NCBI RefSeq assembly: GCF_006345805.1
Contig: NC_043011.1
Location: forward strand, 20,472,464-20,536,463
From: Octopus sinensis
Lineage: Eukaryota
Reading direction: 5' to 3'
DNA: 64,000 nt
Below the pieces are notes generated by a model. The model was not told the DNA's origin. It saw only the letters and a program-made list of their open reading frames with translations, and ran no database searches. The position numbers were made by a program, and so were the translations under genes. Within the stretch, counting starts at the first letter, position 1, and the number at the start of each line of letters is the position of its first letter. Of the stretch, positions 25,448 to 37,919 are shown one piece after another.

Positions 25448-25908
25448 CTCCTCCTCCTTTCTTCTTGCTTTCGTTTTTTGTTTTGTTTTATCTACATCCT
25501 CTTCCGTTTCCATAAGAGGAATTCCACTATAAGATATATTCTACTTCCCAACACTTTTGCCATTGGTCAACATGTATGCCAAGGCCAACAGCTTCACTTC
25601 ACTAAATCTAACATTACATCGGGTTAAATCCTCATTAAATTCTGCGAATGGATTATGCGTCAATTCTTTCAGGTGTAAGAGGAAGATGCTAAACAATTTT
25701 GGATTTTTTTCTTATGCCATGTGCAGGCATGGTTGTGTGGTAAGAAATTTGCTTCCCAACCACATGGTTCCAGGTTCAGTCCCACTGTGTGGCACTTTGG
25801 GCAAGTGTCTTCTACTATAGCCTCAGGCTAACCAAACCCTTGTGAGTTGATGTGACAGATGGAAACTGAAAGAAGCCCATCACATATGGCAAAAGTGTTG
25901 GGAGCACG

Positions 25909-25939
<31 letters not shown>

Positions 25940-26009
25940 TGTATACATACATACATACATACATATATATATATATGGAGTTTAACGCATGTATAATTCA
26001 AATACTTTT

Positions 26010-26096
26010 ACTTCCGACACGTTTCAAAGATTTCACTGATATTATTCCAAAGGAATAAAATGGTGTAAAACAATGTAATCTTCTCTTCAGGGAAGT
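26010..26096 (-). ncRNA. Type I hammerhead ribozyme with extended loop II
   Basis: Minus strand ACTTCC-CTGAAGA-GAAGATT-(44 nt)-AATCTTT-GAAA-CGTG-T-C-GGAAGT: perfect 6-bp stem I, 7-bp stem II, GUC triplet. Confidence 0.8.
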
Positions 26097-26482
26097 GAAG
26101 AAATGAAATTTGTCAATAAGAACAGGAAGTGATGGATATGTATAGTGATTTACTGAATGCTGTTAATATTGTTTGAAAAAACGTTATATGATATAACGTC
26201 AGAAGTAGCATCTAGAAAGAGGAGAGATATTTTTTTAGTGAATGTTAAATATAAAAAGAAAATTATAATTTAAATTATATAAACCCGAAGTTTCTACCTT
26301 TAAAAACAAGGAGTTACAACCTTTTTACTTGTGTGATTTTTTGCTACTCTGTTAGCTATTTATCTATTTTTTCTGTGTTAATTGTTAACAAGGGAAAAAT
26401 ACACACATGACTGTGTGTGTACCGTTGGCAATTTTTTTTTTTTTCCTCCGTCTTCCCTTCTCTGGATCTTTCCTTTACATAT

Positions 26483-26517
26483 GTTTCTGACAAAGAGCTC
26501 CGCTCGAAACGTTAAAC
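26483..26517 (+). ncRNA. Hammerhead ribozyme, family B, with uncompensated G8A
   Basis: GTTT-CTGACAA-A-GAGC-tcc-GCTC-GAAA-CG-T-T-AAAC. Confidence 0.65.
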
Positions 26518-26616
26518 CCTCCTTCCTCCCTTCCTTCCTGAGCGTCCAATAATACTATATTTGTTCCACGTCCTCGTGTTGCTGTGTTTTCTCTGTGTGT
26601 TTTCGTGTTTGGATTA

Positions 26617-26644
<28 letters not shown>

Positions 26645-26647
<3 letters not shown>

Positions 26648-26850
26648 CTATACAATATGTTACATTACTCGGTAGTCAAGATAAAACTCTGAGTTTCAGA
26701 TGCCGAAGTGGAAATCCACAGTGGGTATTTTTTCATAACGTTTTCAAATAGCCAGATAACCGAAGAGATGGTGTTGTGGATTTCCACTTCGGCATCTGAA
26801 ACTCAGAGTTTTATCTTGACTACCGAGTAATGTAACATATTGTATAGATA
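26645..26850. repeat. Perfect 76-bp inverted repeat with 54-nt spacer
   Basis: 26645-26720 is the exact reverse complement of 26775-26850 (checked base by base). Confidence 0.95.
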
Positions 26851-26912
26851 AATTTCCTCTATTTACATAATATTGAGGTCTCTTTCTTTCTTTTGTTATC
26901 TTACCGTTTTAT

Positions 26913-26980
<68 letters not shown>

Positions 26981-29900
26981 ATATATAAGAATGTGTCTTT
27001 GTGTTTGTGTTTGTCCCCCCATCATCACTTGACAACAACTTAGCAGTTCAGCGAAAGAGACTGAGAGAATAATTAACAGGCTTAAAAAGAAAACAAGAAC
27101 TGGGGTCAATTCCTTTAACTAAAAATCCTTGAAGCTGGTGCCCCAACATGGCTACAGTCTAATGACTGAAACAAATAAAAGATATATAGGCTCAGGAGTG
27201 GCTGTGTGGTAAGTAGCTTCCTAACCAACCACATGGTTCTGGGTTCAGTCCCACTGCGTGACATCTTGGGCAAGTGTCTTCTGCTATAGCCCCGGGCCGA
27301 CCAATGCCTTGTGAGTGGATTTGGTAGACGGAAACTGAAAGAAGCCTGTCATATATATGTATATATATAAGTGTGTGTGTATATGTTTGTGTGTCTGTGT
27401 TTGTGTGTCTGTGTTTGTTCCCCTAGTATTGCTTGACAACCGATGCTGGTGTGTTTACGTCCCCATCACTTAGTACTTGGCTTGCAAAGAATAAGTCCCG
27501 GGGTCGATTTGCTCAACTAGAGGCGGTGCTCCTGCATGGCCGCAGTCAAATGACTGAAACAAGTAAAAGATAAAAAAAAAAAAGAGGTACCAAAATGAGA
27601 GGCAATCATTCAAAAAGTCGACCCTTCACCTGTTGCTTGTTATTCAAAGGACTGGTCAGTTTAATTTTTAGTCCTCACAAAGTAATATCTGGATCAGCTT
27701 ACGCTTACATTATGGTATAGAAAACAACCAGCAATGACACTCTATGTTGCGGTGATTCAGAACAAAATAGTAACCCAATAATTGTGAACTAATTTAAAAA
27801 AAAAAACAATTATACCACATACAACCCTGAACATCTAGTAGCACTCAGCTAGAGTTCTAGTTGCTCCATATACCAGACCTTACTCCTACCATAGAGTTTT
27901 CCTGATGAAAGCATAAGCTTATCATAACTAGGATCACATCCTGCTTTTAAAGTGTAATCTAAAACTACATTTTTCACTGCAGCTTTCATTTTACGGTGTT
28001 GTTGTTTAACCCTAGGGTAACCAAAGTGGAACAAATGATCATTCCAACCATGATCAACTTGTCTTTGTAAAGATATCTTAGAATATGTTATTCAATGTGT
28101 CCTTCTTTGATTAATTTGAGGCTAATTTTATGGTGTTGTTGTTTAACCCTAGGTTAACCAAAGTGGAACAAATGATCATTCCATCCATGAAATATCCTTT
28201 GTAAGGATATCTCAGAATACATTATTCAATGTGTCCTTCTTTGATTAATTTCAGGTTAATTTGGCTGTTGTTTCTAACAGGATGAGCATACATATAGGCT
28301 CCATAGTTAACTTAATTATAAATATATAACGTTGTGTGTGTGTGTGTGTGTGCAAGTGCAAAAAAGATCAGCTTTATGTTGGATGACATCAAGAACACGA
28401 ATATTCTTAAAAATTTTGTTTTGTTGAATTCAGGGATAGGGTTTGGACAAAGAATAAGTGGATTTTGTATGTGATCAGTTTAAGTGCTACATCCAGCTGT
28501 TTGTTATTTCAAATTTATCTGTATATATGGAGTGATTGCTTAAACAATGAACAATGAGTTTTGAGGTAAGTTGTTTTTTCAAATAGATCCTTTTGTTAAA
28601 GTCACACACTGGTTCAGAAGAGCCGGTTGTTTATTGATCTCAATACACACACATACACACACACACATATACACACATATATATATAGATATATACACAT
28701 ACATATATATGCACACATGCACATAAGTATATATATATATATATTTATACACATATACGCCTATATCATCATCATCATCATCATCATCATCATTGTTATC
28801 AGATTTCTCAGTTTTCTATTTTTTTAAGCAACTAAAATCTCCATTGTTGCAGAGAAAAATCCACACATATATACAATCAATCTAATAGTTATAAATTTAT
28901 TATATTCATTTTTTAACAAATTAATTTTTTTAAATCTATTTCTTGTCAATGTTATTGCCATTGATGTTTTTGTTGCTATTACTGTTTCTCAGAACTTACA
29001 TTTATTTTTGTCCAAAGCTAAACTTTATTTATAGCATTATTAAATAAATGTTCATCAGAGTACTTGCTAAAAAGAATTATAATACTCTGAGGAAAACCTG
29101 CCCTCAATTCCGAGGACTAGACAACTATAAAGAAGGCTTGTTTTTACAAACATTCTCACTTTCAAGATGGCCACCAAAAAAAAAAATATACTGCATGACA
29201 AATCATTGTAACAGGTAATGAAAAGAAAACATCAACACAAAGACAGAATACACAACTGAATGAACAAAAAGTAGAAAAAAATGACACTTGAATAAAAAGT
29301 TAATACATAAAAATATTTCAAACATTCTAAAAAGGTACTTTTGAAGACAGTGATAATAACAAAAATGGTGGCAACATTCACATTTTAAATTGCTCATATA
29401 GTAGCTGTATTAAAGCAAACAGAACTTTTTAATTTTATACATTTCCAGGAAAAAAATATTAATTAGGACAATTTTATAAGTTCAGACAATATTTCCCCAA
29501 GGAAATACAAAAGTGAAGTAATACATCTATGTTTTAGATAAGATGTAACTGAATTTAATTATCATCACTGGCAACAAGAATTATAACTGGCACTTCAGGA
29601 TATATCTCATGTGAAATCTCTAAAAAATGTGAAAATTTATGGCACTATCTGGTGAACTTTCAAAACTGAACTCTCATTTGAAACATTAGCTGAAATTATT
29701 TGACATATTTTTTGCTCCAGCACATGGGGTAAAGAAATACAAGGGTGAAGATAAGAGACTTTGGAAATTATGTAGATTTGTAGCTAGTCTTCACTTTTGT
29801 ATTGCAGCATGAGCAAGTGGTGAAAACAGAACTAATGAGAGATGGCATGTTTTGAGAGAGAAGCATAAGGGATTTTCAAGTCCTGCAGACCCCTTCCTTC

Positions 29901-31439
29901 AAAGGCTACACAAACATACCTAAGTATGTGCCCAGTTGAATGTGGTGAGACAAGTGGCATGAGATTGATGAAACAAGGTAAAACACCTTGTTAAGTTTGT
30001 TGTCGTAAGAACTACCTCAGAATTTCTTTACCAAGAGAACTAGAAAGACTACATGCAAAAAAAAAAAAAAAGAAATGAAGAACACAAGTAATGAAGACTG
30101 AGACAACTTGTGAGCTGGCAGAATTGTTAGCGTGCTGGGCAAAATGCTTGGCAGCATTTCATCCATCTCTTTAGATTCTGAGTTCAAATTCCACCGAGGT
30201 CAACTTTGCCTTTCATCTTTTCAAGTTTGATAAAATAAGTACCATTTGAGCACTAGGGTCAATGCAATCACCTGGTCTCTTCGCCCAAAATTTCAGGCCT
30301 TGTGCTTATTATAGAAAAGATTATTATTATTGTTGTTGTTATAAATGCAGTGAGCTGGCTGAATCATTAGCATGCTGGACAAAATGCTTAGCAGTATTTT
30401 ACCCATCACTACATTCTGAGTTCAAATTCCACCGATGTCAACTTTGCCTTTCATCCTTTCGGGGTCGATAAATTAAGTACCAGTTGCATACTGGGGTCAG
30501 TCTAATCAACTGGCCCCCTCCCCCAAAAGATTTCAGATCTTGTGCCTTTAGCAGAAAGGATTATTGTTGCTGCTGTTGTAATTATTGTTTGTTGTATTCC
30601 TTCTGTTCATATCAATTTCCTGAGGTGATGAAATGGTTTTCTATAATTTTTTTAAATGTTCAACTATCAAACAGGATTTTGGTTTGCCTGTTTTTTAAAT
30701 TGCCATGTGAAATACTCAAGTAATTCTTTGTTTGATTTCTGCCTTGTCACAAGTCAAAAAAGTTGGGGAACCACAGACCAAGAATATCAAATTTTTTGTA
30801 ATTCTTCAACATTAGAAGTGTTAAACAGTTTAAAGTTTTGTGGATTATGGTTATGGACTACTACTATATCTCTCATTGTTACACATTGCTTTTAGCATTG
30901 TGTGTGTTCAGAAAGTGGGATCATTCCAACCATGAAATATCCTTTGTAAGGATATCTCAGAATACATTATTCAATGTGTCCTTCTTTGATTAATTTGAGG
31001 CTAATTTGGCTGTTGTTTCTAACAGGATGAGCATACATATAGGATCCATAGTTAACTTAATTATGAATATATAACATTGTTGATAGTATTCAACATCTTT
31101 CATTTAAAGAACCACTAAACCAACTCAGAGAATGTTGAAAACAATACAATACAAAACTAATTTATTTAAGATTCTTACTTCTGAGTTCTTCCATTTTTTT
31201 CTTTTATTTCAAGGAGGTAACATTTTCTTTCAGAAAAATAGTAGTTGAAGACGTTGAAGAAAAGAGTTTTTACGGGTAGACACTTTGGCGATCAAGAAAC
31301 ATAACACAAAAGCAGATATTATAAAAAGTGGGCAAACTGTTTGGAAAGAAGAGAGCTAGGAAGGTAAACAGTTACAAAGAACAGTTTGATGTAAGGGGGG
31401 GGGGGCAATAAAGTGGACACTAAAACAGACTTCTTCAAA

Positions 31440-31760
31440 AGACTCCGCCGGTTACGACGACGAGGGTCCCAGCTGATACGATCAACGGAACAGCTTGCTC
31501 GTGAAATTAACGTGCAAATGGCTGAGCATTCCACAGACACGTGTACCCTTAACGTAGTTCTCGGGGATAATCAGCGTGACACATAGAGTGACAAGGCTGA
31601 CCCTTTGAAATACAAGTACAACTCATTTTTGCCAGCTGAGTGGACTGGAGCAACGTGAAATAAAGTGTCTTGCTCAAGGACACAACGCGTCGCCGGGAAT
31701 CGAACTCACAACCTTACGATCATGAGCCGAATGCCCTAACCACTAAGCCACGCGCCCTCA
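31440..31760 (-). mobile_element. tRNA-derived SINE family 4, CpG-rich (young) copy
   Basis: Minus-strand head GAGGGCGCGTGGCTTAGTGGTTAGGGCATTCGGCTCATGATCGTAAGGTTGTGAGTTCGATTCCCGG. An older copy lies at about 14785-15095. Confidence 0.85.
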
Positions 31761-32423
31761 CCTAAAACAGACTATTTATAAGTTGTTTGGTGAGTTATAA
31801 AGTTATAAAGTTGAGAGAAATGTTATTTCTTTTATAGCTGATTTGAAACACAGTGGTTCTGAAATACAGATGGAAGGACATTATAATACGTAGTTGAGTA
31901 AAAAGTTACAGAAGATATAAAGGATTTACAAGTAAATAGTTTTGAGAAATATATACTGTTGGCTTTTACACCTTTAGCTGGTGTTTAGCTTTCGTTTAAT
32001 GACATGTATCATATGGTGTTTTATCAAGATATGCCACCTTGATAAAACATCAGTCTTATTTCAGATAAAATCTCAGTATGATTTGGTGCCTATTTCTGCG
32101 ATATGAGTCAACTGATGCAACACAGTCAAGAGTTCAAGTCAAAAACTCCATCACTAGATTTGAACTCAGCAATTCATAAACAGTAATTCCCCTTCTTATT
32201 CACTAAACCAAGCCACTTCTATGTAAGCAATTGTCTGACTCAAGCACTAATATATCAATACATTGAAAAGGTACTATTTACAACTAAACTTTCCATAGAA
32301 GAATTATGATTTTAATATCATTTCCACTTCAGTTTTTTCTGTGCTGAAGTGGGCCTTGCAGATTTATGATATAGCACAATAGCTCCTCTTCATATATTTC
32401 AGCCTTAGGTCATCACATGTCTA

Positions 32424-32993
32424 ATCTTTATATATAAAAGTGAAGTTGTGTGTCTGTCTCCTACGATTTAGATTCCTAACTACTCCCACATTTTGCGGTG
32501 CAGTTTAACCAAAAGTGGGTATCTTATAGTCGTGATTCATATCGAGCCCTTCTGGGTATTAGCGCATGTCTACAATGAGTCTACGATTTAAAAAACAATT
32601 TACCATCAATTTTTCCCATTTTTAATCCATTTTTGGCATATATAAGGGAAGTAACTCTCTAAAAATTTATTATTAAATCTCAGAACGTAAAAAGCTACAG
32701 TAACACCCCCCCCCTTTGTGGTTAGCCATATTGAGATGGCTATTATACTTTACATCTCTAAAAATGCTTATATAATAGCAAAAAAAATGCATTAAAAAGG
32801 GGAAAAAATTATGGTAAATTTTTTTTTTAATCGTAGAATCATCATAGACGTGCGCTAATACCCAGAAGGGCTCGATATGAATCACGACTATAAGATACCC
32901 GCTTTTGGTTAAACTGCACCGCAAAATGTGGGAGTAGTTAGGAATCTAAATCGTAGGAGACAGACACACAACTTGACTTTTATATATAAAGAT
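32424..32993. mobile_element. 570-bp element with about 200-bp inverted arms, Helitron/Helentron-related ends
   Basis: Both ends read ATCTTTATATATAAAAG inward. Shares TTTTGG...TAACTCTCTAAAAAT with the 6356-6726 element. An extra arm copy lies at 33149-33230. Confidence 0.8.
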
Positions 32994-33474
32994 ATTTCAT
33001 CTGTTCAATACTTCATTTCATTTTACTATATATACTATATATTCTATATCCTACATTAGTATTATAAGAATATAAATAAAACATAAAAAACAGATAGAGT
33101 TGAAATTCCTTTGAATAATATATATATTATTCGAATGAAAGATGTATTGTGCACCGCAAAATGTAGGAGTAGTTAGGAATCTAAATCGTAGGAGACAGAC
33201 ACCACACAACCTCACTTTTATATATATAGATGTATATTATCAAATGCATTTAGTACCTGACAAATGCGTTTAGTACCTGACATATCATGTCTTAATTTTC
33301 TTCTGTAAGCTAACATTGCTGATACAGTAGGTACAGGCATGGCTGTGTGTTTAAGAAGTTCAATTCATAGCCATGTAATTATGAGTTCAATCCCACTGCA
33401 TGACACCCTGGGCAAGTTCTTTGAGTTGGCCAATGTTTTGTGATTGAATTGCTGAAATTCAACAAATACTGTGT

Positions 33475-33804
33475 GGGGAATGTTCTTTATGTTGCATGTC
33501 TCGTTTCTCTGAATGTTTGTTTTTTTCATTGTTCGGAAAAAAGTTCGTTTTCTATGTTTTTGTTTTTATGTTTTCATTTTCTTATTGTGTCTACGTTTTT
33601 TGATGTCCTGTACCCATATATGCATGTATATATACATATATATGTAGGTATGTATATATATGTATGTATACATGCATATATTTATATATTATTTATATTA
33701 TTATTATATGATCGAATGCCACACATCCTTTTCTAAGTAAGTTTTATCTCAATGGTTTTCTCTCCTACCCTTTCCCTATTCTTCTCCTCTCCCCTTCACC
33801 GTTC

Positions 33805-33847
<43 letters not shown>

Positions 33848-34345
33848 TCCTCTTTGACTCGTGACGAAAGGCAATCTATTTTCTTTTTTTCACATCGTCT
33901 TGGCTTAACAGCCCTCACCATTTGTTTTTACTGTCTTGTTTTCATTGTCCTGTTTTTGTTACCACTTTCACCCTCCGCAAAAAATTCCAAATTTTATTTA
34001 ATTTGCTTTACAGGAAGGACTGTTTCAACGAAGTTGCATATTGTACTTACCTTCAAAACGTGGAGTAGATGAAACAGGGACAACTGATGAAGGGGAATGT
34101 TCTTTGTGTTGCATGTCTCATTTCTCTGTTTGTTTTCATTGTTCGAAAAAAGTTCATTTTCTGTTTTTGTTTTTATATTTTTGTTTTCTCATTATGTCTA
34201 CGTTTTTGATGTCCTGTACCCATATATGCATGTATATATACATATATATGTAGGTATGTATATATATATATATGTATGTATATATGCATATATTTATATA
34301 CTATCTATATTATTATATGATCGAACGTCATACATCCTTTTCCAA

Positions 34346-34348
<3 letters not shown>
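33475..34348. repeat. Direct repeats of about 260 bp (33475-33739 and 34092-34348), about 617 bp apart
   Basis: Near-identical sequence, including the embedded (TA/TG) low-complexity tract. Confidence 0.9.
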
Positions 34349-34395
<47 letters not shown>

Positions 34396-35101
34396 TCATC
34401 ATCATCATCATTATCGTCCTTTAGCGTCCGTTTTTCATGCTGGTAGGGGTTGGACGGTTTGACCAGTGCTGATAAGCAAGAGAGTTGTACCAGGTTCCAG
34501 TCTGATTTGGCTTGGTTTCTATGGCTTGATGCCCTCCCTAATGTCAACCCCTTTACAGAGTATGCTGGGTGCTTTTGGTATGCCACTGGAAGATATATAT
34601 ATTGGCTTGTCTGGAAAGTTCATGCCGATTTATAGCAGCTTACCTTTCAACTTATTTTAGAACATGGTTGAGTCCATAAAATAGGATTTGACTACACCTC
34701 CATTTAGAGCACAGTTTAAGCTATCTTTCCATGGAAAAAAATTTATGTTCCTCTAATCTGTGTTAATTCTGTAACCCTTTAAAATGGAAGATAAGAAAGT
34801 TCATTCCAAGTACTGCCACTCTGGCTGGTAGGTTACAGTAAGATCAGGATACAAAGAGATGGAATAAATACTACAAGGCATTCTGTTCCTGTTTTTCATC
34901 AGATGTGGATTTACCGGTATACGAAATGAACTTCAATTTTGTCATTGCCTCCAGCTTTAGAAGGTCTGCAAAGATCAGAGGTCTACCTTTCCCTTTGGGA
35001 AAACCCTTAATAAAATGAAATAACCTGCATAATGCCTGCTTGCTTGCTTTGTGCTCAATAATGTCACCGGTGATGCGAAATGTCAAATATCAAAAGTGTA
35101 A

Positions 35102-35552
35102 TTATTTACATTATTTACATTCGACGGATATTTGTTCTCATCTTGTTTGTTGTTAACACATTTCGGCTGATATACCCTCCACCCTTCTTCAGGTGTCTTG
35201 GGGAAATTTTGAACCTGGGTTCTCATTCCTAAGGTATTCCCCTGGCATATGGCATAGTGGTTATGCTACGGGCATATGGCGTAGTGGTTAAGAGCGCGGA
35301 CTACTAAACCCAAGATTCTGAGTTCAATTCCAATAATATTATAATAATAATAATAACATTGAAAAATACCTTAGGAATGAGATCACAGGTTCGAAATTTC
35401 CCCAAGACACCTGAAGAAGGCTGGTGGGTCTATCAGCCGAAACAAACATTGTGTTAACAGCAAACAAGATGAGGACAAACATCCATCAAATGTAAATAAT
35501 GTAAATAACGTAAATAATGTACATAATTCCTCATCTCTTAAATATAGAACTG
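35102..35552 (+). mobile_element. tRNA-headed SINE with HHR-containing tail (35270-35552), preceded by an inverted copy of its 3' part (35102-35238); 14-bp TSD
   Basis: A-box TGGCGTAGTGG, B-box GAGTTCAATTCC. HHR-type motifs at 35407-35454 (+) and 35156-35196 (-). TATCAAAAGTGTAA at 35088-35101 and 35553-35566. Confidence 0.8.
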
Positions 35553-36749
35553 TATCAAAAGTGTAAACTAAGCTGTAAGACTTGAATAATTAAAAGACTA
35601 CTTCAGCATCGTGGTGTATTATTCTACTTATTCACTTTTAATAGACAGAAAGAGAAAAATACCTTTGTGTTGAACATCAAAGAGAAGTAAAGGAATGAGA
35701 AGGTCTCTCTGGCTGGGTTTTACACGGGACAAGATTTGAACTCACAACTGAAGGTTAAGACTTTTATACAGTAGTGCTGCCTCTGCTGCTGTTGCTGTTG
35801 CTGCTGTTGCCATTGCTGCTGTTGCTATTGAGCGAACGGTCTTCGTCCCAGAGCTCACAAGATGGAAGAAGTCTGAAATGTGGTCCTTTGCTATTCGTAA
35901 GACCCGCAGAAGAGGAAGCAGGTCAACCCCCGACACCGAGAGCATCGACAGATGGCTGAATGCGCATCCAGGCTCAGCAGTTACGTAGGAAGTCGGGGAC
36001 AAGAAACAGGAAGAAAGAGTGAGAGAAAGTTGGGGCGAAAGAGTACAACAGGGGTCGCCACCACCCCCAGCCAGAGCCTCATGGAGCTTTAGGTGTTTTC
36101 GCTCAATAAACACACACAATATCTAGTCTGGGAATCGAAACCACGATCCTCAGACCATGAGTCCGCTGCCCTAACCACTGGGCCATTGCGCCTCCACTAT
36201 GGTTACTGCTGCTGTGGTGACTGCAGTTGGTGATGGTTGCAGTTATGAACAGTAGTGCTCTGTAGTATCTGTTTCTGGCTTGATGGAGCATATCATTTTA
36301 CAAGTATCTTGACTATGGTAACAGTACAACAATAGAAGAATGCTACAAACTGTGAAGTATCTTGGCCTCGGTGTTCCCATTATGCTGGATTGTTCCCATT
36401 ATGCATTATTGTTCGTATACATAAAGCATTATACCATTCAAAAAAAAAAGTTCCTAACACTTGAAGCTCTAGTGTATCTTTACAAGAGCCAGATCTGTTT
36501 GGGTCAATTCCTTCAAAACATCTACTGTTCACTCTTGGTAAAGTAAAAAATCAAATGTGCTGTCTGGTTGGTGATGAGCTCTTTTCTTCCCTCCAATCAT
36601 TCTATCCTTGATGGATTGCAAGTCTAGCCCCTTTCTACAAGTTAGGAAGCTATTCAAGTGAGCTTGATACCCTATTCTTACTAATCTAGGAATTTCCCAT
36701 CATAACTCAGTTTACCAAATTAGGTGAATTGCACATGCACACCCGAATA

Positions 36750-37271
36750 CCTTAAATCTTCGAGTATAGTCCACCCTTGAGTATAATACGCAGGGGATTT
36801 TTAGGGGGCTGTACCTCTGAAAAACTTAAACCTTGTGTATAGTATGCACTCCTTCTCCAACTTGAGTCGTGTGTAATTAAGCCAGCAGCACCTAGTCGAA
36901 CAAACACTTCTGTGCATGCATAATACAATAATGGTGATGTTCTTAACTGTTATATGGGAATGTAAATATGTTTGCAAATTGTTTTTGTTACATGTTATTC
37001 TGTGTTCTGAATACTTTTATTTTAATAAATGTTGCTCACTGCAAGTTATGGATGATTCTTTTATGACTTCATTGCTTTCAGGCTTAGCTTGAGGTATTTT
37101 TGCGCCCAACATCACAAAATGCATCTGAATAAACATTGCCGGACAGAAAATAGAGACTCGGACATTGCTTAGAAAATATTTTTCATTTTTAACCTCGTAT
37201 ATAGTACGCACTAGGGATTTTGACCTTTAAATTTTGGGGAAAAAATGAAGATTATACTCAAGGATTTACGG
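36750..37271. mobile_element. pogo/Tigger-like MITE with TA TSD
   Basis: TA-CCTTAAATCTTCGAGTATA ... TTATACTCAAGGATTTACGG-TA. Confidence 0.7.
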
Positions 37272-37919
37272 TACCTCATGAGCACATGACAAGATTCATA
37301 CACAAGCATTTTTGTCCAGAAGAGTTGAATTATGGAATATATTCTCACCAGAAACAACATGATGTATGATCTTGTTAAATTCAAGGTTAACAAACACCTT
37401 GCTTAATGTTGCTAGTTTCCTTCATTTTAATATATTTGTTGTCTTTTTTATTACATTTCATTTGTTTTAATTTTTTAGCTTCTTTAATCCCTTAGCATTC
37501 AGACTACTGAATGCTTGTTTATTATGCTTATGCTTATTTATTCACAGTGATTTGAATTAATTAATCATTATCTTACAGATGTGAGATTTCAATGATGTGA
37601 TTGTTTATTTTGAGAATAATGTAGGATAGGTGTAATAGGTCAGATTTGACCAGTTTTGGGCTGGATATGCCATTTTATATGTTAAAGGGTTAATGTTAAC
37701 TCATTTATCATACTTGGTTGCATTCAATTCTTTTATGACCATCTCATGATATTTCATTTAACCCTTATTATTTTATTACCATCTTTTATTTTCCGTTTAA
37801 AATATGCAGGTATATATATATGTATATATATAGAGAGAGAGAGAGAGTGAGAGAGAGTTGTTGTGGCATTAATTCAACTTAACTACTTTTTTTTAACTCT
37901 TTGCCTAGAAGTGGTATAA

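Noticed and set aside
26721-26800. Hammerhead in the spacer of the perfect inverted repeat
   Set aside because: Half-motifs (CCGAAGA on +, GAAAACGTT on -) lie on opposite strands and do not assemble into a core.
29600-30050. Possible decayed transposase
   Set aside because: Looks coding-like but I could not recover any catalytic or family motif.
34084-34160. Hammerhead starting at CTGATGA
   Set aside because: No convincing stem II and no GAAA-N-U-H with a pairable stem III or stem I.
34871-35086. 71-aa minus-strand ORF as a terminal exon
   Set aside because: The acceptor near 35025 has no pyrimidine tract, no family was recognised, and the upstream end abuts a SINE insertion.
35270-35331. 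tRNA genes (here and at the other SINE heads)
   Set aside because: A/B boxes are present but no complete acceptor stem, and they run into SINE bodies.
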